A DNA stretch of 64,000 bases from Candidatus Bathyarchaeota archaeon (GCA_963820555.1 CAWGAT010000023.1:27904-91903); one strand, 5' to 3'; counted from the first letter of the stretch, positions 18,704 through 26,805 are shown. Notes: generated by a model not told the origin, from the letters alone. Program-made: numbers and translations.

Positions 18704-18928
18704 TTAGTCCACAGTTTTGCCGTCGGGTTTGGCCTTACGCAGCTCCGCCAGCCTCTGCCTCTCGTCTCTGAGCTTCTCGAGGACTGCCTCCCTCACGAAG
18801 GCTCCCCTGCTCGGCCAGTAGCCGAGCTCCTCGTTCAGCTCATCGATGGCGTCAGCTAGAGCTACGGGGATCGAGATCGTGACATATTTATCCAATCTCT
18901 CCCCCCACCGCGCCCATGACGACTCCAA
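18704..18928 (-). CDS. Ribbon-helix-helix (CopG-like) DNA-binding protein
   Basis: KYVTISIPVALADAIDELNEELGYWPSRGAFVREAVLEKL is a canonical RHH strand-helix-helix. The start is uncertain: TTG at 18928 or an internal TTG about 33 nt downstream (before DKYVTISIP). Confidence 0.7.
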   Translation of the reverse strand: MESSWARWGERLDKYVTISIPVALADAIDELNEELGYWPSRGAFVREAVLEKLRDERQRLAELRKAKPDGKTVD

Positions 18929-19062
18929 CCGGAAAAAATGTTAATTACTAACTATATACAACTATCCGTAATATAGATTAGTGATCCATAATAAATACGA
19001 CTAACACTTGGGAGAAAAAAAGGAGCCATAACTATGAGTCATTTGGCCCGTCGGAGCAAGAA

Positions 19063-19121
19063 TAGTGGCGGATTTTGAGAACCAGATGATTGGAGTCGTC
19101 ATGGGGCTCAACCCCCGCCAC
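19063..19121 (-). ncRNA. Candidate small RNA 5' hairpin, copy 1 (possibly extending to a U7 run at 19015-19021)
   Basis: 59-nt hairpin with a GTGGCGG/CCGCCAC outer stem and a TTGAG/CTCAA inner stem. The apical CCCATGACGACTCCAA is complementary to 18913-18928 on the RHH mRNA. A TATA box lies at the right distance upstream on the minus strand. Confidence 0.35.
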
Positions 19122-19145
19122 AGGAAAAATACGGATCGGGGGACC

Positions 19146-19153
19146 TATTTAAA
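19146..19153 (-). promoter_or_regulatory. TATA box (TTTAAATA on the minus strand) upstream of hairpin copy 1
   Basis: TAGTTTAAATA is conserved at both copies. Its centre lies about 26 nt from the first hairpin base (19121), matching archaeal TATA-to-TSS spacing. Confidence 0.4.
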
Positions 19154-19287
19154 CTATTATGTTAACCAAGAATTAATTATAAAATCCACTTAACAGATAA
19201 ACGAGTAATTGACACTAACTGCAATTACAGGTAGCGTCAGAGACATTTTAACTCAATTGTTACGGTTTGAAGATGATTTGAGCAGAG

Positions 19288-19345
19288 TAGTGGCGGGTTT
19301 GAGAACCAGATGATTGGAGTCGTCATGGGGCTCAACCCCCGCCAC
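19288..19345 (-). ncRNA. Candidate small RNA 5' hairpin, copy 2
   Basis: 58 nt. It differs from copy 1 by one substitution plus a 1-nt indel and carries the same apical 16-nt complementarity to the RHH gene 5' end. Confidence 0.35.
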
Positions 19346-19369
19346 CAACGAAAAAAACCCCAAACGCAA

Positions 19370-19377
19370 TATTTAAA
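19370..19377 (-). promoter_or_regulatory. TATA box (TTTAAATA on the minus strand) upstream of hairpin copy 2
   Basis: Same TAGTTTAAATA element at the same spacing from the hairpin edge (19345). Confidence 0.4.
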
Positions 19378-19494
19378 CTAATTCGTCAAATTGTCGGTTA
19401 ACAAGATGTTTACTTTTAGCGCCCCGAAGGAACCTATCTGCCATTATTAGGATAAAAATAGCCCCTAAATCTATCAACTACCGAAGGCGCCAAT

Positions 19495-19659
19495 CTATTG
19501 ACTCCTCTTAATGGCCTCCGAGAAAAGTTGCAGCTGCTTATCCAGATAACGCTTAAGGGCAGAAAGCATAAGCTCCTCCCGCCCCATACCATACAGCCTC
19601 TCAATAAAATTCATATCCTCTACAAGATTCTCGGGCAGGTCTAGCGTCACCAATACCAT
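19495..19659 (-). CDS. Small ribbon-helix-helix protein (54 aa; below the ORF-track length cut-off)
   Basis: My translation from ATG 19659 to TAG 19495-19497 gives MVLVTLDLPENLVEDMNFIERLYGMGREELMLSALKRYLDKQLQLFSEAIKRSQ*. This has the beta-strand/helix/helix layout of CopG/antitoxin-type RHH proteins. Confidence 0.5.
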   Translation of the reverse strand: MVLVTLDLPENLVEDMNFIERLYGMGREELMLSALKRYLDKQLQLFSEAIKRSQ

Positions 19660-19992
19660 GAATTAGGCCACCTATTATTGACATATAACGTTAATAGAAA
19701 GGATGACCAATATTTAGCATCCATGAGCACTCATCGTTTTACATTAATAAACTCTAACCGTAGCGCGCACCTAATTAGAAAGTGAAGAACTCATGGGAAG
19801 AATCACACCAATCCCAAGACCGTTTGGACCGTGCCAATATCCGGAGGGCGGTGACTATCGTGGTCGCGGTGGCGTAGATGGCCGCGTCCGTGATCTTGGA
19901 CATGGCTGATCGTTGGGTAGTGACCGATAAAAACGTTGTTTGGGCTGTTCTAATCTCTGGTTTGATAAGGGTGGATTGTCAGGTTATTCTGC

Positions 19993-20757
19993 ATGTCGAA
20001 ATCGTCCTCAGTGTACGCCGCTATCCTCGCCTTCTCAGTGGCGTTTGCGGGCTTCTCGGTTATCAGCGTCCAGACGCCTGCGGGGTATCCGCTTGACGCC
20101 GTCTGGGATCACGGGCTGATTCGAGACATCGTGTTCAACGGGAGCGACTTCAAGGCGCTGGAGAACATTCAGGCGAGACTCGTCTATCGTAACCCTTCGG
20201 ATCTGCCCGTGTCATTCAATCTGACCTATCCCTTGCTCTGCACGTTTTACGCTGACGGGAGGCCGGATAGTTCGAGTGGTTCCGGGGCCGAGGGGGCTTG
20301 GGAGATCGTCACTGTCCCGGCCGGGGGCGAGTACACCGCATTCCTGACGGGGTTCAGGCCGGACGGCGCCGGGTGGTACGAGGTCGAGTGGGACGGGGTC
20401 AGGAGGGGTGTAGCGGTCACGAGGAGCGAAGTGATGCCGAGGATCGTGACCGACAAGGCGTATTACTTGGCCGGGGACGGTGGTGGGACGGCTGTCTTCG
20501 AGTACTACAACCCGACCGGGCACAACGTCACCTTCCAACTGCCGGGCTGCATGAGATTCGACCGCGTCTACCCGGATGGGAGGATTGAGGGCGTATCAGG
20601 CGTCTGTATCGATTATATATGGGTGAACTATACGCTACCGCCCGGTGAGTCATTCAAGGTCTGGGAGTTTTACTTCTCAACGATGAAGGCGGGTAGCTCC
20701 GTTATAGAGGGGGCGGGGGCGAAGACGACCGTGCTCGTGCTGCCCGTCGGGCCGTAG
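19993..20757 (+). CDS. Hypothetical secreted protein
   Basis: 254-aa ORF with signal peptide MSKSSSVYAAILAFSVAFAGFSVISV. G+C-rich with codon-like periodicity. I recognise no family. Confidence 0.55.
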   Translation: MSKSSSVYAAILAFSVAFAGFSVISVQTPAGYPLDAVWDHGLIRDIVFNGSDFKALENIQARLVYRNPSDLPVSFNLTYPLLCTFYADGRPDSSSGSGAEGAWEIVTVPAGGEYTAFLTGFRPDGAGWYEVEWDGVRRGVAVTRSEVMPRIVTDKAYYLAGDGGGTAVFEYYNPTGHNVTFQLPGCMRFDRVYPDGRIEGVSGVCIDYIWVNYTLPPGESFKVWEFYFSTMKAGSSVIEGAGAKTTVLVLPVGP

Positions 20758-20768
20758 GTTGATCTAGC

Positions 20769-21395
20769 TTATCGCCGGTGTGGGGGCGGGTATTTGGGGT
20801 AGGCGACGCGGCTGTGGGTGAGGCGGAGGTGGGCCATGGCCTCCGCGATCTCCAGGCTGGCCTCGGCGGGGTCGATGACGGGGAGGCGGGTGGTGTCGCG
20901 GAGGGGGCGGCCCATGGCGAACATGCCGAGGCAGTCTAGGTAGAAGGCGTCGTGGCCACGCGCCTCCAGCCCGCGTATCGTCTCCTCGGTGAGGCGGAGG
21001 GTCCTCGCCGTGTCCCTGCGTAGGTCGAGGACGGGGAGGGGGGCGGGGACGGCGGCGGGGTTGCGGCCTAGGAGCTGGGATAGTAGGCGCATCGACTCGC
21101 CGGGGCCGACGACGGGGACGTCGACGAGTGTGCGCGCCGCCTCGAGGCCGGGGTCGCCGGCGCACCAGACTATTATGGCGTCGGCGCCCGCCTCCTCGGC
21201 TGGGCCCACGAGCTTGAGGACCTCGGCGGCGGCCTGAGCGTGGTCGACGGGGCTCTCTATGGCGGGGGGCCCCTCACGGACGCGTGAGTAGGTGATCTCG
21301 GTGCCGGGCCTGGCGATGGACTCTAAAAAGTCAGTACGGAGTCTAATCGCAGCATCATCGAGACCAATTATGGGGACAGCCAGATGGATTTTCAA
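20769..21395 (-). CDS. Asp/Glu/hydantoin racemase family protein
   Basis: 208 aa. GADAIIVWCAGDPGLEAAR...VPVVGPGES matches the conserved Cys-containing blocks of the hydantoin/aspartate racemase family. Confidence 0.65.
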   Translation of the reverse strand: MKIHLAVPIIGLDDAAIRLRTDFLESIARPGTEITYSRVREGPPAIESPVDHAQAAAEVLKLVGPAEEAGADAIIVWCAGDPGLEAARTLVDVPVVGPGESMRLLSQLLGRNPAAVPAPLPVLDLRRDTARTLRLTEETIRGLEARGHDAFYLDCLGMFAMGRPLRDTTRLPVIDPAEASLEIAEAMAHLRLTHSRVAYPKYPPPHRR

Positions 21396-21472
21396 CGTGT
21401 GTCGTTAATTACATTGATCGTAGTTGTATTTTCTATTTTTGAGTCGACTTAAAAACAGGAAAGACGAAAAAA

Positions 21473-23736
21473 TTAGATCGTGACGCGGTAGCGGTCCATG
21501 AGCTCCTGGCGCTTCCCCTCGTTCCACCCCGTCACGTCCGTGTAGTACCCCGTGATCCTGCTCCACCAGCGCACGTTCTCCGACCCACACGAGGGGCACG
21601 TCTTCAGCATCCCCGGCGAGGTGCTCGCACATTTACTGCACACCGTTAGGTCCTTCGTGTAGGCTGAAGTACCCGATCTGGCTGTTCCTGCAGATGCGCT
21701 GCGTCAGCTTGTAGAGCGCCTCCGGGTCCGAGCAGGCCTCGCCTAGCCAGGCGTGGAAGATGTTCCCGCCGCTCAGTATGGGGAAGAACTTGTGCTCTAT
21801 GTCGATCTTCGTCCCCAGTGGGATCTTCGCCCCAACGTAGGTGTGGGTACCGTTGCTGTAGTAGACGGGGAGGTCCCTCTTTCCCTTCGTCAGCGCCGCT
21901 GCCCCCTCCAAGTCGCCCTTTCACAGTTTTGACGGCGTACTTCTTGTACGTCGGGGAGACGAGGTCGCTGATGGCGAAGGTCTGCGCCGTAGACTCAGCG
22001 GGCGTCCTCGCCAGCATTATCTTGAACCCGTTCCTCATCTCAAGCCCCTTCCTGTACTTCTCCATGTCGAGCAGGAGCCTGATGGCGAGGCGCACGGAGT
22101 CGGGGTCCTCGTGTAGCTGCTTACCAGTGAAGTGCTGAACCATCTCGTTGACGCCTACGACGCCTATGACGTTCACCAGCTCCGAGAAGTCGACCGCCGG
22201 TGGCCCCAGCTGCCCCGTGTGCGGGTCCCTGGGCGTCTGCGTCGCGAAAGGTACCATATTGTTGGCGAGCGCCTTCTTCATCCAGTGCTGCTTCGTCTTG
22301 AAGACGTCGACGGCCATGCGCATGTTCTCCTGCGCCGCCTCAAGCAGCTTGTCGTAGTCGCCGTTGGCGCGGTAGGCCATCCTAGGCATGTTCAGGCTGA
22401 CGACCTGCCAGCCGCCCATGCTGAAGTGCTGACCGCCCTCGAAGTAGAGCTTCTCGTTGAAGTGCGGGTCAGTCTCCGGCGTGTTCGCGAACTGGTACGC
22501 GCAGCACTGGTAGCAGCTTATGCCGTTGCCGTAGCCGCGGTAGGTGGGGAGCATGTTGTCGAAGTAAGGCGCCCCGAACTTGCCCACCGACTCGTGGACG
22601 AGCATCCAGAGGTCGTCGTACTCAGGCTTGAAGAACTCGGGCGAGACGTAGTTCTCGTTCTTCGGGAAGTTGAAGGGCTTCCCCAGTAGTCCCCCTCCAG
22701 CGCCACCTCGGTGATGGCGCGGAAGAACATCTGAACCTCGTCCTCGTAGCTGCCGTAGGTGTCCGGCCCGACACGCCCCTTCATCACGACGGGCACGTTC
22801 TGCCAGATCTTCGGCACACCCATCGGCAGCTGGATGTTACTGAACACCAGCTGCCCGCCACGCGTCACGTAGGTCTGCGTCAGCTCGTAGAACATCATCT
22901 GGGCGAGCTGCTTCACCTTCTCGTAGGGGAGCCCCCTGAGGAAGGGCGCGAGGAACATCGTGTAGTACATGAAGCCCTGGCCGCCGCTGAAGTTCGTCTG
23001 CCCCGCGGCCAGCACCTTCACGCTGTGGAGGATGGCCACCTCCGGCTGCTTCGCTGGGCCAGCGACGCTGCTCCTGAAGCCCGAGCCATCGGGGATGAGC
23101 CCGTAGTAGAGGAAGTAGCGGAGGTCCCAGTCCTGGCAGAAGGGGCGGCGAGCCGAAGTACTCCAGCGTGTGGATGTGGATGTCACCCTGGTGGTGCGCC
23201 GTCGCCAGCGTCGGGTCCATCAGGAGCAGGTACTGCTCCTTGCTGAGCCTGTCCGCCTTCTTCTTGTGCACCGTCTCCGGGTTCGGCTGAAGGTTCGCGT
23301 TCTCCTTCGCCTCGAAGCCGCTGCCCGTGTCAATCTCGTACGCATCCACCACAGGGACACCGACACGCGTCAGGATGTTCCTGTAGACCTGGAGCTCCGG
23401 CATGTTCTCCGACTCGCTCCACTCGAGGAGGACGTTGTTCGTGATCTCCCTCACCATCGGGCCGGAGACGACCTTTGGCTTGATGAGCTTGATGCGCTTC
23501 TCGACCTCCTGGCTGAGCTTCTCCGCCCTCATGGTGCTCATGGGCTTTATCCCGAACATCGTCTCGGCGAGCTCCGTCTCCCTTACGAGCTGATCCACTA
23601 TCCTCGCCTTGTTCCACTCCACAAGGTAGCCGTCGGTGGTGCGCACCATCGGCATACCCCGGTAGAGGCGCTCTGCCTTGTAGAACTGGTCTATGAACGT
23701 CTGCCCCTCGGGAAGATCCCTACCCCTCTTTAACAT
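21473..23736 (-). CDS. nrdD: Anaerobic ribonucleoside-triphosphate reductase NrdD, interrupted by at least four frame breaks
   Basis: The N-terminal ATP-cone-like region is in ORF 22837-23736 and the catalytic core lies across ORFs 22518-23186, 21646-22605 and 21633-21911. My translation of the last segment gives TKDLTVCSKCAS...CPSCGSENVRWWSRITGYYTDVTGWNEGKRQELMDRYRVTI*, containing the Zn-ribbon and the glycyl-radical RITGYY motif. Stop at 21473-21475. Confidence 0.8.
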
Positions 23737-24004
23737 TCAGCACATCCCTCACTACGCCCTCGCTCAGCACTCCCCCGGGGAACATCTCCTCCGCCGACGC
23801 GCAACGGTCCCCCACCTCGAGTATCGGTGGGTTCCCGAACATGTTCCTCATGACGAACTCCGTCTGCGCCTCCGTGTCGAACCACTTCGCCTCGAAGGAT
23901 ACGTGACGCTCCTTCATCCATTCCTTCAGTTGCTCACACTTCTTACAATCGGGGAGGGAGTAGACCCTCGCGACGGAGTTCGATGCACTCATACCAAACA
24001 TCAC
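23720..24004 (-). CDS. Glutaredoxin/NrdH-like thioredoxin-fold protein
   Basis: 94 aa with RVYSLPDCKKCEQLKEWM (CxxC after beta1). It overlaps the nrdD start and is probably co-transcribed. Confidence 0.65.
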   Translation of the reverse strand: MMFGMSASNSVARVYSLPDCKKCEQLKEWMKERHVSFEAKWFDTEAQTEFVMRNMFGNPPILEVGDRCASAEEMFPGGVLSEGVVRDVLNVKEG

Positions 24005-24245
24005 CGATGGAGATCGCTAAGCTAGATAGTGCATCCTCAACCCGTGGGCTATAAGAACGTAATCGTCCAATTCATAATACTTCGAATAACGAATTTCGTG
24101 ACAATCCACTTTTAACTCATCATACATATGATTGTCTCATAAAAATAGAATTATATTAATATTATCCCAAATATCTACAATAGTTTATATATTCAAACAT
24201 ACCCAGTTACATTCCGTAAAAGATTCGAAGAAAGCGGGGTTCAAC

Positions 24246-25043
24246 ATGACAATCATAGTCTGCCTCGTCGGCACACACTTCCGCCGCCCCTTCGACGGCA
24301 TCCGCTACTGGAGCAAACATCACGGCATAACCAAGCTCTACCTCCTATACAGCAACGCCAAAGCCACCGACGAGACAGCCGTCTTCAGCTACATGAGCCA
24401 GAAGAACGCCGAGGAGCTCCGCAACAAGCTCGAGATACTCGACCCCGAGCTCGTCGGCTTCGACCCCATGGACCACCGCAGCGCATTCAAGGCCATCTAT
24501 GGTGTCGTCAGCAAGGCGCGGGCCTCCGGGGAGGAGGTTCTCATCGATGTCACTAGCACAACCGACATCTCCCAGGGCGTCGCCCTCACGGTCGCCTTGA
24601 TGTTCAGAAACGCCCGAGTTTACAGCGTCCCACCCGAAAAATCAGCCTGGTACGTATCCGGAAAGGTCGGGGACCCCCAGTTTGAGAAGTGGTTTGAGAA
24701 CGCCCGCAACCAGAGCAGCAAGGAGCCAAAGGAGATACAGCTCCCAGGCTACCGCCTCGAGCCCAACACAAAGCACGAGGAGAAGGAGTGGGACCGCGAG
24801 AAGAAGCTCCTCGTCCTACTCCGCGAGAACGGAGGCGAGGCGGAGTCCATAAGCGACATAATCCGCTGGTTTGGCAACAAGGCGGCGAGCAGCACCCTCC
24901 GGAACAAGTTCAGTCGCATAGTAACGAAGCTCGAGATGAAGGGACTCATCGACGCCGAGAAGGGGAGCAAGATGAAGGTCATCAGCCTCACGGAGTTTGG
25001 CGAGATCTTCGCCGAGGCCCTCGCGGAGCAGAGCGCAGTATAA
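24246..25043 (+). CDS. CARF-like (Csa3/DUF6293-like) Rossmann domain plus C-terminal winged-helix regulator
   Basis: The N-terminus MTIIVCLVG...LIDVTSTTDISQGVALTVALMFRNARVYSV resembles Csa3 (DLTMGMRMINTLILLGIIV..). The C-terminal wHTH is REKKLLVLLRENGGEAESISDIIRWF...IVTKLEMKGLIDAEKG. I prefer the ATG at 24246 to the AT-rich 38-codon upstream extension. Confidence 0.55.
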   Translation: MTIIVCLVGTHFRRPFDGIRYWSKHHGITKLYLLYSNAKATDETAVFSYMSQKNAEELRNKLEILDPELVGFDPMDHRSAFKAIYGVVSKARASGEEVLIDVTSTTDISQGVALTVALMFRNARVYSVPPEKSAWYVSGKVGDPQFEKWFENARNQSSKEPKEIQLPGYRLEPNTKHEEKEWDREKKLLVLLRENGGEAESISDIIRWFGNKAASSTLRNKFSRIVTKLEMKGLIDAEKGSKMKVISLTEFGEIFAEALAEQSAV

Positions 25044-25241
25044 CGCCGAGGCGTCTGTGCCCTGCATCACTTTACAAGCATTAGTTAAAACCCTTGTCTA
25101 GCTATGGGCATCATTTCCAGTTTACCTCAATATGTCCCCGATCCCGCCCTGCCCAGTGGCGTAATATGTGATATTATTATTCGGATTACATATTAGGGGC
25201 TCACCCTTTAGTCGGGACGGAGTATAACCACTCATAAGGTT

Positions 25242-25281
25242 CTGTCAAGTCTTCGGTTGATCCGTGGGCTGTAAAAATCGG
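25242..25281. repeat. Left arm of an imperfect inverted repeat flanking an AT-rich cassette
   Basis: CTGTCAAGTCTTCG (25242-25255) and GGGCTGTAAA (25266-25275) have perfect reverse complements at 25932-25945 and 25911-25920. Confidence 0.6.
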
Positions 25282-25478
25282 TTAACGAATAAAGCCTTGA
25301 AATCTAAAATAGGTTGAGAGAATCAATCCCTCAATGAGAAAGCAAATTTTCCAATATCTTGAGACTTCTTTTTTCGTAAATCAGAGTATCTAATTTAGGA
25401 TTATTTATAGATTTATAATCAACATATTTTATTAGTCTAAATAGAGGGATATGGAGGATAGGGGGCGAGCGAAAGAAA

Positions 25479-25730
25479 ATGGCAATTCTAGTAGTCAAAT
25501 CGCTTGATGATAAGAAACTTGAAGCTACGTTCAAACGTTACGCCCAAGACCACAACTGGATTCATGACCACTATCAGGAACTAGTTAAAAAATATCCTGA
25601 AAAATACATCGCCGTATTAAATGAAAAAGTAGTTTATGCCTTCGATAACATCACCGATATTGTTAATAAAATCAGTTCAGATGGCGGATATCCAACAGAT
25701 TACGCCATTGAATTTGTCACCTTTTTTTAG
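25479..25730 (+). CDS. DUF5678-like small protein
   Basis: 83 aa. W..DHYQELVKKYPEKYIAVLNEKVVYAFDNITDIV matches the (W...h.eeL...Y.gkwVAi.dgkVva) pattern I associate with archaeal DUF5678. AT-rich. Confidence 0.55.
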   Translation: MAILVVKSLDDKKLEATFKRYAQDHNWIHDHYQELVKKYPEKYIAVLNEKVVYAFDNITDIVNKISSDGGYPTDYAIEFVTFF

Positions 25731-25900
25731 ATGAAGCTTAGATAATCGCATCTTAGCTTTTCCCCAGGTTATTAGCACATATGCAATAATGATATTTACA
25801 TAACAAAGATTTTCACAAAGCCTCTATAAACGTTTTCCATTTATTATCACCCTTGATCTCTATCCCATACGCATCACACTAAAAATAGGTATACTCTTAT

Positions 25901-25945
25901 CCGACGAAAATTTACAGCCCCAACCATCCAACGAAGACTTGACAG
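25901..25945. repeat. Right arm of the imperfect inverted repeat flanking the AT-rich cassette
   Basis: Partner of the arm at 25242-25281. Confidence 0.6.
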
Positions 25946-26027
25946 CACCACCCCTAAACCCGCGCCCCTTTAGCTAAGTTTTTAAACCGAACCCCCCGAG
26001 GCTACCATAAGAATCGAGGGATTATGC

Positions 26028-26805
26028 TTGCTAGCTGAGGTAGTTCTCACCCCATCTGAGGGGAAGAGGCTCATCGCCAAGGCGATAGCCCATATGGAGA
26101 TAGTTAAGCTCGCCAAGGAGAACGGCACCATCATCGTCGCCACGAGCACGACCAACGCCTATGTCCTCGAGGAACTCCTCGGGAAGGAGATCAAGGAGAA
26201 GGGCATGTTCACGGCGGGCGTCGTTACCAAGGACGGGCTCCAGATCACGGAGGCGAAGGGACGCGGTGACCACACAGTCATCCAGAAGGGTAAGGTCAAG
26301 ACCGTCAAGGTCCCCGAGCTAGGCGACATCCTCAAGGAGATGGGCCCTGGTGACATCTTCATCAAGGGCGCCAACGCCATCGACCCCTTCGGCCAGGCCG
26401 GCATCCTCCTCGGAGGCATCGGTGGTGGCACAATCGGTGCCGCCTGGGGCTACCTCACAAGCAACGGAATAACAACCATCATCGCCGCGGGCCTCGAGAA
26501 GCTCGTCCCCATCAACCTCACGGACGCTGTCAACCGTATGGGCATCATGAAGGTCGACACCGCCCTCGACGTAAAGTGCGGCATGATGGTCATCGGAGGC
26601 TATATAATCACTGAGATGGAGGCCTTCAAGGAGCTCTTCGGCGTCGACGTCGTCCCGATCGGCGGAGGCGGCATCGACGGCGCGGAGGGCTGCCAAGATA
26701 TTCCTCCTCGACGGCGAGGACGAGGCGGTGAAGGAGGCCGTCGAGATGGTCAAGTCCATCCGCGGCGAGCCCAAGCTCACCACCCGCACCATCAAGCAGA
26801 AGTAG
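26028..26805 (+). CDS. Conserved hypothetical protein (Gly-rich; one frame break near 26690)
   Basis: Clean coding signal. After ...GGGGIDGAEG the sensible continuation (AKIFLLDGEDEAVKEAVEMVKSIRGEPKLTTRTIKQK*) lies in another frame and ends at TAG 26803-26805. Family not recognised. Confidence 0.55.

Noticed and set aside
19063-19345. The two 58-nt repeats as a mini CRISPR array, tRNA fragments, or C/D-box or H/ACA sRNAs
   Set aside because: There are only two copies, separated by a 166-nt spacer, with no cas genes, so this is not CRISPR-like. The GGGG-CTCAA-CCCC stem lacks a T-loop consensus. AGATGATT approximates a C box, but no D box (CTGA) is present. An ACA follows copy 1 only. None of these models fits both copies.
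20764-21165. 133-aa Arg/Pro-rich ORF (MRRRPRPRGG...), plus similar long ORFs at 1927-2355, 22132-22689, 23170-23733, 26319-26825 and 30659-30988
   Set aside because: These are alternative-frame or antisense shadow ORFs inside G+C-rich genes that have clear family signatures in another frame. Their low-complexity R/P/G composition is typical of out-of-frame translation of high-GC DNA.
21405-21632. 75-aa minus-strand ORF listed in the track downstream of nrdD
   Set aside because: It is in the wrong frame. The same DNA in another frame encodes the NrdD Zn-ribbon and glycyl-radical C-terminus (..CPSCGSENVRWWSRITGYY..), ending at 21473.
24132-24245. 38-codon N-terminal extension of the CARF-like regulator (MSHKNRIILILSQ...)
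   Set aside because: The extension lies in AT-rich promoter-like DNA, whereas the domain begins at MTIIVCLVG. The ATG at 24246 is the more plausible start.
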